DNA from: Lingula anatina
Taxonomy: Eukaryota; Animalia; Brachiopoda
Assembly (NCBI GenBank): GCA_051362555.1
Contig: CM120648.1
Location: 13,140,587 to 13,204,586, forward strand
Length of the DNA stretch: 64,000 bases
Direction: 5' to 3'
This document shows positions 39,677-50,519 of this stretch, piece after piece (within the stretch, counting starts at the first letter, position 1; every line of letters starts with the position of its first letter). The notes beneath the pieces were generated by a model, which was given only the letters and a program-made list of their open reading frames with translations, did not search any database and was not told the DNA's origin. Position numbers and translations under genes: made by a program.

Positions 39677-42600
39677 ATGAAGACCGCACTCGTGCTGCTC
39701 TTGGTATTTACGGTTGTTGCTGCTAGGTAGGTTTTAATGGAATTCTCATACTCATACCCCCCCCCCCCCTTTACATCTTTTGTCGCCTTTGTGCGACCAT
39801 GAATCTGGCCCAGTTTCACTAAAAAACTTGAGTCAGTCCCTGTTTATTTACTTATTTATTTATTTATTTTATTATTTTTTTTTTTTTTGACAGTTGTCAG
39901 CATGTACAGTATTAAAACAGTGCCGAACTCGGGAACATCCAGTGTAAAGGGGGTTTACATGTGATTTTTAGATTTCGTCGATTATTTTATTCAATTATTT
40001 CAGATTTGCACGGATAATAAACTGTTTAAAAATCGTCTCCCTTAACAAACCATACTCGGGTTTCCCATAAATTCTGAGAATTTTTCACCGATATTTTGTC
40101 TTACCAGGTTGGGACTCTCGGAGGCACAAGAGGATAATAGGTAAGTCACAATAATAATAGCATTTACTTGTTTCAACGATTTTAAGGGTTATGCCCCGCA
40201 GGGTAGCCCACAATTATGTATTAAAAGTATGAACTTAGAGAAAATATACGTACCATAGGTAATGTAACCTTACAATACAACTAACACTTTATATCAGTAA
40301 ATTTTGAAAAGCAATGCATGTGATATTCCGTCAAAATAAAAAAGCGAAGCTTGTTTGAAATGTATATTTTTGGGCCCAAATTTTACAAATGTTATAACAT
40401 AATTTGCAGCTGATTTTGTGGCGGACAGTAGATAGCTGTGCGTTTTTCTTAACAGCATACTCTTAGAAAAACCGATTTTTCTGTTTTTACCTGAAATCGA
40501 AATTTCGACGTCACCTGTTAGATGACATATGTGTAAATGTCATTTAATTTAGTCGCTGAACACTGAAGATCTATTTATTACCCCCAAAAAATGTATGTAT
40601 GTATGTAAATAAATAAGTGGTTTTGGGTGAAGGATGACAATATCCTAAAGGACAGCGTCGGTATAAGACCTAATGAGCGGCTGAGGCGCACCAATCACGC
40701 TACTACAGTTTGTTGACTCTAAGCTCTATTGGTATTCGGAATGGCAAACCGGTGTCTTAACTGGACACCCTATACCTGGTCAATAACTTAAGAGCACGGA
40801 AACGTGTATTTGGGCTTATTTCCAATGAAACTATATATATGGCTACGTAGAACTCTGATTAGCACGCCTTCTCTTGTTTCTAACGTACCCATATAATCAT
40901 TCGCTCCTTTGTATTTTACTGGTACCCAACGCCAGGAGGAGAATGACAGAATTATTCTCAAGTTTGTTGCCAGCCTGACATTCCGAGCCTGAATTATCAA
41001 ATTCAAAGTCTTTATAGCTTCTGTTAGTCACGTGTGCCGTTGACACGTGAGTCAGTCCACAAATGTCACTGAAGCTCGTTACGCACTTGACCGGCTTCCA
41101 AACTGCTTACAATAAAGTAAAAAAATTTCAGATTGTTTGTATTGGTTCAACAGCTAACATGCTCCTTCTTCGCTGTTGGTCTTTGATGCATGACTTGGCA
41201 AGTGTCAACTTACTTTTATAAAGGCAATTTCAATACCAGTAAAAACTAAACCCGAGGCGCTGCAGTAAACCAGTTTTGCAACGCTGCACCAACAATATCG
41301 TATCGATAACTATATCGTAGGTAAATAAGCTTTGGTATTTTGTGAGCGTTCTGCAAGATATTAGGTTGACGAGGCATCATTACGTGCGGTTTTTCTTGAA
41401 AACAACACATGCGTCATTACTTTTGTGGATATTATAGCCTTTATTTGAGAGGTTCATACAAGTTAGACTGCAGAAAGAGCCAAAAATCATGAGGTTCCAG
41501 TGTAAGTACGGGTGTTCTCTTCACGTCCCTGCATTGTTTCTTATATATAACTTTTTTTCTCGCATCGTCGATACGCCCCCCCCCCCCCTCCCCTATGCAG
41601 AGAGAGAGATCGACCTGTACCTTATGCCCCCATCATATTAAAGCACTCCTGTCACCTCACCTGGTGCCGCCGTGTCTATTGGGGAGTAGAGCTGTGCTGT
41701 CCCTTGAAGTGCCTAAATGTATCCCATGACCCGACTTGACCTTAAAGCACTCCTGCCATCTCACTTGGTGACACCGCGTATTTTAATGTCCTCCGGGGCG
41801 TAGTACTAAGGTCATGGGGCGATTTATGAAACGCAAAATTATTTTTAAGGTTGGGAATACATACTTGATTTTTTTGGACAATTCCCTTTTTCAGTTTTAT
41901 TTAGAGCCATTGTAATTTATCTTACGCTACACTTGCTGTATCGTATGCCGAAAAGTACACAATGAGGCCATTAAGTATAGAAGATCCGAGGATCTTCTGA
42001 TCCACAGATAAATTATGACGGACCCTTCATGAAAGAAGAGCCGACTACCCCTTCGAAATTTTGTCTCATTTAACATTCATTTACAGTTCTCCATCTATTA
42101 TTGAACAAATAATATATATCTCCAAAACTGGCAGAGATAGGTCAATAGTTACAATTGAAGTTGAATAGGAAGTCATGTATTGGCAATTTAACTGTGACCT
42201 TGAAATTGACCTTTGACCTAATTTTCACCATGAACTGAAAATTTTCCTTCCTTTTTATCTCTAAAACTGGCAGAAATAGGCCCATAGTTACTATTGAACT
42301 TGAATAGGAAGTCATATACTGGTAATCTAACTGTGACCTTAAAATTGACCTTTGACCTAATTTTTGAAATGAACTGAACTGTGCAACTTTTTCAGTGCTT
42401 ATACTTTCAAAACTAGCAAAGATTTGCCCGTAATTACTATTAAATTTAAATAGGAATTAATATATTGGCAATCTAACTGTGACTTAAAAATAGACCTTTG
42501 ACCTACTTTTCACCATAAACCGCACTTTGCAAGGTTCCCTTTATATCTCCAAAACTGGCAGAGATACACCCATAGTTACTATTAAACTTGTAGGAAGTCA

Positions 42601-43079
42601 TATACTGGCAATCTAAGTGTGACCTTAAAATTGACTTTTGACCTACTTTTCACCATGAACTGAACTTTGCAACATTTAAGTTCCTTATATTTCCAAAACG
42701 GGCAGAGATAGGCCCATAGTTTTTATTAAACTTGTATGGAAAGTCATATACTGGCAATCTAAGTGTGACCTTTAAATTGACTTTTGACCTACTTTTCATC
42801 ATGAACTGAACTTAGATAGGTCCATAGTTACTTTTGAAGTTGAATAGGAAGTCATATACTGGTAATCAAACTGTGACCTTGAAATTGACCATTTACCTAC
42901 TTTTCATGATATATATATATTTTTTTAATCTCAAAAACTGACAAAGATATGACCATAGTTACTATTGAACTTGAATAGGAAGTCATATACTGGCAATATA
43001 ACTGTGATCCTGAAATTGAACTTTGACCTAATTTTTATTATTATATATTTTTGACAATGACCTTGTTAAATTTCATTTA

Positions 43080-43132
<53 letters not shown>

Positions 43133-43689
43133 CATTGTAGTAGCAGTAATAGTATCAAATATGTGTACAAGTTGCAAGCATCTTTGCACAGGGCTGAGTC
43201 AAGTAACGCTGTGCAGGTGTCCGTCACGTGGTGTTAATGGGTGTCATATACCTGTGGTAAGTCCTAACAATTCTCTTTTCTTATTTCCCAGAGACTGTCT
43301 AGAAAATAACAGGTGCCTCCTCCTGAAGGTTATCAAACGTGCCGTTGACAACCAGAGGATGGAAAGGTAAATAACTGCCTTATTTTGGAAAGGTGCAAGT
43401 TTTATTTATTTATTTAATTTTTTTTTTTTTTTTTCGTGTCACACTCTGATTTTTTACTCGAGATTTCGGTAAAATTTTAGAAACCAATGTAGAATATCGA
43501 CGAGCGTACTAGTACGTACCCCTGACACCTTTTGAACAGTCATTCAAAATATTAAGTTTAGCCCAGTATTTGACTTCCCTTATTTTGCTTTATATGGAGT
43601 ATTTTCTGATTTTATTTATTAACAGCTCCGAGCACTCAAACATTGAACATGCGCCCCCACAGAAGGTTGTCAAACGCAGCGTGAAGTAA
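39677..43689 (+). CDS. Secreted peptide precursor copy B (exons 39677-39726, 40108-40140, 43292-43366, 43626-43689): MKTALVLLLVFTVVAARLGLSEAQEDNRDCLENNRCLLLKVIKRAVDNQRMESSEHSNIEHAPPQKVVKRSVK* (73 aa)
   Basis: Canonical GT-AG phase-2 junctions give a continuous frame: signal peptide, C-x5-C loop, two KV[IV]KR dibasic sites. A further acceptor at 43968|43969 (TTTCGTTACAG) and ATTAAA at 44073 suggest a terminal, probably UTR, exon. Confidence 0.8.
42115..43035. repeat. Tandem satellite-like array, ~8 units of ~115-120 bp
   Basis: Recurring AAAACTGGCAGAGATAGG...TAGGAAGTCATATACTGGCAATCTAACTGTGACCTTGAAATTGACCTTTGACCTA; present in intron 2 of copy B only. Confidence 0.9.
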
Positions 43690-45664
43690 ACAAAGTAAAT
43701 GCACATGGAAAAAGGTGACCCAGATTTTTCTTTAATTGGGCGTGAGAGCAAATTCATTTGATATATTTTTATCAAAAAATATGTTTTAAAATGTTAATGT
43801 TACGTTTCCACTCAATGCTACAAATCAGATTTGATTATCATTACGGTTCCAGCCTAGTCGATAGTTGCTCATGACTGAAGTTAAAAACGAACGATTACAA
43901 AATGTAGATATTCAATTTACGATACTATCCGTCCGTTTAAAAGAAATGTCCAATTTCTTTCGTTACAGGTGTCTGTTCAATGTCCGTTGAATGCAGTTGG
44001 AAACCTTTCTTGGAGGAACACTGAAGAGTGCCCTGAGTGCCCATATATTTACTGCTACATTTGATACAGAACATTAAAATCACATGCACTAGTTAAAATC
44101 TTTTTTTTTTATTTTCTGATGCAGCCTTAAGCAAAGTGTCAAATATTATGACCCTGAGTTATACATTGTTACAGTCGCTCTTCGCTTACATTTTGAGAAT
44201 AAAATGTTTATCTTATAAAGGTCTACCGTACCACTTATTGTTTGTGAAGTTGTACTCTTTGTGCACAATATCTGAGTTATCTGAGTAACGCAATTCTGTT
44301 AATTAGTATCTTTTTGCAAACAGTTCTTTTTAGCATCTTTAATACATGTATTTAAATAAAGACGTCAAGTGTAAAAGTAGGTATACACCTGTCTTGATTT
44401 TTTTGTACTATATGAATTAAAACGTATTGAAATACAAATTATTAATTCAATTTTGTATGCAAAATTAATTTTTAAGAGAGAGTTGAGAACGAGATACAAT
44501 GGGGAAAAGGCGTAACAGTAAAGGGAGATATTTTTGAAACAGCGCGTTTAAAATTTGGTTGAGCCACGATCCCCAGGGTATTGTGCTTTTGTTGTCACAT
44601 CTTTGTCTTCTCTAACACAATCTTCAGCCTGCAATCTTCCATACCTGTCGCAGTATTGTTATTCAAATAAGAGCAATCGCATGCGACAACTATTCAAGAT
44701 GCCAGGAAGGAAGACAGATTTTCAGGCAGACTGTGAAGATTTCCGTGAATGCAACATGATTCATTCAGGTCTTCCTGCTTAAATTCTCCACATCAGCGTG
44801 TAAGTACAGTTTGAATGTTACTTTTCTTGCTACTGTATGTGACAAATACGCATAACACTTTCTAGTAAGATGGGGTATTTCAAAATTTTATCCTTGTGTC
44901 AAGTTCTCTGCTTTTTATCTAATCACTCAGAACGCCTGGACGTACGCGTGTTTTAACTGTTTATTTCTTAGCTGGTTATTTTTTCGTTTGTAGATGCTGT
45001 ATTTTAGTGATATTTAGTCTTGACATTTGATTCTAATGGAATGGTACATGAACTTTCGTACTTATCAGTATATAATCATACTCGTGAATTTCTTTATTTT
45101 CGTCCATTCTTTTGTCCTTGGACGCTGCACTGGTATTTGCAATACACGAAATTTTAAGTATAAGAGCATTACCAACGCATTGACTTTAGTACTGTCGAAT
45201 AAATGATCTCTTTTCTGACTTAATATTTTATTTCTAATTTCAGTTGTCCGGGCATACGAGTGATAAAGATGAAGATCGTTTCCTAGGAATAGACTTGTGA
45301 AGATTCTTTTGTCTATAGCTATTTATATTAGTTTGATCTTACCATCCATATTCCATATTTCATCTGCTTGCAGTCAGATTTCATCAGAATCAGACAAAAG
45401 AATCTTCACAAGTCTATTACAATAACATAGCTAATGAAACTGTTCTACAGTTTCCTAGGAAGAAGTAACAACAGTTCAAATACACCTTTTAAATTCAATA
45501 ACATGGATGCATGTTATACGAATGCAATGTGCATTTACACCGACACTGTAATGCACTTGCAGTGAAGTAGTAAAGGGCGGATAAAACGGGAACTCACTTT
45601 GATAATGTATTATTTTACTGCCTACTCAGTTGCAACGTTCGTTTGTACCCCCCAAAAAACTTAA

Positions 45665-46003
45665 AGGGATAATAAATCTTCGTTTCGGCCAAAAAATGAA
45701 ATTTCCTGGAGTAAACAACAATTTTTCCATACTTACCAATGGTTAATGAATCCATTTTTACATGCAAAGATAGTCCCTGGTTTTTTCTAAAAAGTTTGGT
45801 TTTTTGTTAAAATCTCTTAAGAGATTTTAACAGAGTATAGCCATCAATGGAGGTCACGTGGTCTAAAGACAAGCTCAGATATCAGAATAATAGCTATAAC
45901 TGTGCCGTTTTTGTGGTAAAACAGAATATATTATATTTTTATGAGTTATTCACAATGTTTTTTAATGTGAAATATAGATCTCATACGAAGAGTTATTATC
46001 CCT
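45665..46003. mobile_element. 339-bp MITE with TTAA target duplication and AGGGAT termini (Kolobok-like)
   Basis: TTAA|AGGGATAATAA(A)TCTTCGT ... ACGAAGAGTTATTATCCCT|TTAA; absent from the paralogous site after copy C (~62521-62535). Confidence 0.82.
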
Positions 46004-47542
46004 TTAATTGGTACAAACCATTTATATTTAATGGGTGTTTAAAAATATGACGGAGGCGCTTGTTGAGGCGGGGGGACCATGAGGTAATTACTCGGCGCTA
46101 CTTTTAAGCGAGTCGACCATATTTAGACCGTGGATCTGTTAGTCCGCAGAACAGCTTGTTCTGAATACGTTCTGTGGTATACAGTTTTACTCAGTTTACA
46201 AATTTTATTTGTGCTCCGACGAAAATGGTAAATAGATGATTTTTTCCTCATATGGTCAGATGTTTGCATAAGCTAAGCGTCCTTGGTACAACACATTCCA
46301 TTCGTATTACCTTGAAATCTGTGTTGCACGCTTATACATAAATACCGGTACATTGAAATAAATTGAATAAATCCTGACCAAATCTAAACAATATTTGTAT
46401 CTTGGTTTATTTTTCATATTTCCTATCCTTGCTGAAAATGAAGGAAAAAAAGGACCCGTTCCTTTTTTTTTCACTTCGACCGCCCGTTATTAACTGTAGA
46501 GTCCCCGAGTCGTGATTCTCGAGTTGTTGGGCTAAAGGATTTCATTCGCATTAAATGAAACTTTATAGTCCAATTCACCCATCCACTCACCCTTAACTTT
46601 GGAGCCTCTATTTATGGTTATGGGACGAATATTCTTTTTTTTTTCTGCAAAAAGTGACTTCATTGGATATTGATCTTGTCGCCTTCTTGTTCTCAGTCCA
46701 GCATTTTACCGGTTCTTCTGTTCAACCAACAGCCCACACTGTGCCAAAAACACTCTTTAAAACGCTTCAAATCCGCCATCTGATCATGATCATTTGTAAA
46801 CAGAAGCACATAGGGCTTAAGTTGTAACAAGCCTTTTGACCTAAAGTGAATATTAATAATCTTTATGTCTAGACCGAAACATCAGAACCCATCTCACAGG
46901 ACACGGTCACAGTTTCGCCATATCCCACGTGTACCCCTCTCTCTCCACACAAACGCGTGAAACACAAACTTGTCTCCTTCTACCTTTCAGTGATAAAGGT
47001 TTAAGGAGACTAAATTTATTTGGCACAAATTTCTCCCTCACAAAGCCTGAAGGAATGTACACAAGCTTTCCACTTTTTTCTGTCACCCTTTCCTATAAAC
47101 CATGGATCCATCCATCCATACGTGTCTATTAATCAATATGAGATTGACGTGAAATGACCTTCCATCTTGCCCTGTTCTTTTCTTTATTCGTGCATTCTTC
47201 CATTGATTTACTTGTCTGTCCCAGATATTTGAAACTCACAACCTGTTCCTTTTATCATCGATGGTTATGTTTGTCCCCAGTGGATTTTTTAAATCAACAT
47301 GACTTGCCAATAAACAGCCTTCATTAAAAGCTAGAGTTACATCGCGGGGATAACGTTGACACCCTGGAAGTGGGCCGTGAACGGTGACTGGCAGATAAAC
47401 GAAGATTGGAATGGCCTTGGACAGTAGGAGCAGGGTGACAACATGCATGTAGTCCACACTTTGTTACAAGCTCCTATGAGAGAAAGCGTGGATTTGTTGC
47501 TTGTGTGCGTTTGGAAGAAAAAACATCTGGCAAAAGAGTATG

Positions 47543-50475
47543 CCGGTGTACCATGAAAATCTGACTCCCCTAAAATGTGACTCCCCAGTCAGATTTTCAT
47601 AATGAAAATCTGACTCCCCCTATGAAATTTTGACCCCCCCCCCCCCCAAAAAAAAAAAAACATTCATTAATCTCATTTTATTTGGGTAAATGACTATGAT
47701 TTTGTAGTATGCATAATGGATGATACATTGGCACTTTTTTGTAGTTTGCAGGTGAACATTTTCATAAAAATAAAGAAAAATTAAAAATGTGCACATAATG
47801 AAAATGTGGTTCCCCTATGAAAATTTGACTCCCCTACAAAAAAACATTCATTAATCTCTAATTAATTAAGTATATGGCTGTGATCTTGTAGTATGTAAAT
47901 TGGTTGATACATTGGCACATTTTTTGTAGTTTGCAGTGAGAATTTTAATGAACAAATAAGAAAATTAAAAATGAGCACATAACGAAAATCTGACTCCCCC
48001 ATGAAAATATGACCCCCCTCCACAAAACTTCATAAATCTTATTTTATTTTGAGTATATGACTGTGATCTTGTAGTATGGAAAATGGATGATACATTGGCA
48101 CATTTTTTGTAGTTTGCAGTGAAAATTTTAATGAAAAAATAAGAAAATTGATAATGTGCACATGGTTAAAAAATTGAGAGAAAAAAAGTAATAAAACACA
48201 TGAAAGTAAGAAAAATTAAGGATTTGTTTTCTAACACCCAATGGCTCCCCTATAAACAGCTATTTATTTGATGTTTGATTATCATTCTGACAACTTTTCT
48301 TTTATGATACTTTATGAAAAAATTTATTGGAAATATTAAAAAGTTTTATGGTAAAATACTGCGTGAAAATAAATGAAAAAAGGATAATAAATTTGCATTC
48401 TTGTACCCGTAGGATTTTGACTCCCCTAGTTAAAAGCACTTATTTCATATTTAGCACACATTTAAATGTTTCTACTTTTTAGTTTTCTTATGGAGAACAT
48501 ATGTGGAATATTTAAATTTTGTGGGTAAAAATTTTTGCAATAAGTGTTTGAAATTTAAAAATAGTGAGAAATTCAGTATCATATTTATTTTACACCCATG
48601 AAAAGGACAATTATTTTTTTATTCAGTCATTATATCACTATTTTCCACATACTTTTCATTGTAATTGTATATATAATGATAACTCTGCACACTAAGCTAT
48701 ATGAAAATAAAAATTGTTTTGTGTCATATTAGAAAAGAATATTTTTTCAATTAAGTGCATACAATATCAACAAAATGTAGATGAATGTAAAAAGGATCCA
48801 CTGAGACAAGAAAATTCTGCTTCTCTTCAATATTTTACCTTGTGGCAGTGAAAACTTAATGATTACTTTGCACACTAGGCTAAATCAAAATACTTTTGCC
48901 CCTTAACTAAAAAAAAATCATATTGGAATTTAAGAACACAATAGTAAGGAAATATCACCAACATGTGAATAATGCTGCTAAAAAATTCTCAATTTTGACA
49001 AAAGTTATCACCACCAAACTTTCAAATGTGATAGGACTGTGACATGCTTGGTGGTAGCTTATTCATATGTCGTAGCTTAAAGGAAAAAATATTAAATATG
49101 AAACATTTGATTTGTAAGATGGGTCGTCAAAGTCCTATGGGTGCAAGAGAGCATACTTATTATCCTTTTTGCTTAATTAACCCCCATCTTTCATCCAGCT
49201 TTGGGGAAAATAATGGGAAAACAAAAGCAAGTGTTTTGTTGAGTATGCTATATAAGAAGAATTAAATAAAAAGGCGATGGGGCCAATTTCTTGTGTTAAA
49301 AATGTAGTGTTTTGACATGGGAGTGCAAAACCTACCAGAATAAAGATGGATACTTGTTTTAAAAATATTGACCAAAATTTTCATCATCAAACTTTCAAAT
49401 AATGACAAAATATCCATCTCTATGCAAACTATGTGGAAAACAGTGGTATGGTGACTGAATATAAATAGGTCCTTTTCTCCATGGGAGTCCAAATCTCATG
49501 GGTGTAAAAATAAAGATTTTCATGAATTCTTTTTCATGCTTTCATAATTTATCATCAAACCTTTAAATATTTCCAATATATTTTTCATAAAGTATCCTAA
49601 AAGAAAAGGTGATGAAATGATCATCAAATATTAAATAACTTTTTCATAAGGGAGACAATAGGCGATTAAGTGGACATTTTAAATTTTCTTATTTTTTCAT
49701 GAAAATTTTCACCTGCAAATTACAAAAAAAAGCGCCAATGTATCCTCCATTTCACATACTCAAAATAAAATAAGATTTATGAAGTTTTGTGGAGGGGCAG
49801 TCATATTTTCATGGGGGAATCAGATTTTCATTATGTGCACATTTTTAATTTTCTTATTTTTTCATTAAAATTTTTACTGCAAACTACAAAAAATGCGCCA
49901 ATGTATCAACTATTTTACTTACTACAAGATCACAGACATATACCCAAAATAAAATAAGATTTATGAAGTTTTATGATGGGGGAGTCAAATTTTCATGGGG
50001 GAGTCAGATTTTCATCATGTGCTCATTTTTAATTTTCTTATTTTTTCATTAAAATTCTCACTGCAAACTACAAAAAATGTGCCAATGTATCCTCCATTTT
50101 ACATTCTACAAGATCACAGACATATACTCAAAATAAAATAAGTTTTATGAAGTTTTGTGGAGGGGGAGTCAAATTTTCATGGGGGAGTCAGATTTTCATT
50201 ATGTGCAAATTTTTATTTTTCTTATTTTTTCATTTGAATTATCACTGCAAACTACAAAAAATGTGCCAACGTATCATCCATTTTACATACTACAAGATCA
50301 CAGTCATATACTCAAATAAAATAAGATGTATGAAGTTTTTGGAGGGGGAGTCAAATTTTCATGGGGGGAGTCAGATTTTCATAATGAAAATCTGACTGGG
50401 GAGTCACATTTTCATAATGAAAATCTGACTGGGGAGTCACATTTTCATGGGAGTCAGATTTTCATGTTACACCGG
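47543..50475. mobile_element. Foldback-like non-coding element with ~1-kb inverted arms built from ~180-bp tandem subunits
   Basis: Termini CCGGTGTACCATGAAAATCTGACTCCC / GGGAGTCAGATTTTCATGTTACACCGG; repeated ATGAAAATCTGACTCCCC and GATACATTGGCAC units on the left are mirrored on the right; no transposase ORF and no clear TSD. Confidence 0.8.
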
Positions 50476-50519
50476 GTTTTACCGGTACCCTTGTTCCATC
50501 CTCTTTGCTTATATTACCC

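Noticed and set aside
42115-43035. CRISPR-like array
   Set aside because: Whole units are homologous, with no unique spacers and no cas genes, in a eukaryotic context; this is a satellite.
43292-43340. Calcitonin/CGRP or oxytocin identity for the C-x5-C peptide
   Set aside because: The ring size matches calcitonin, but the peptide follows the signal directly, is too short and lacks the C-terminal Pro-Gly amidation signal; oxytocin has C-x4-C. No gene symbol assigned.
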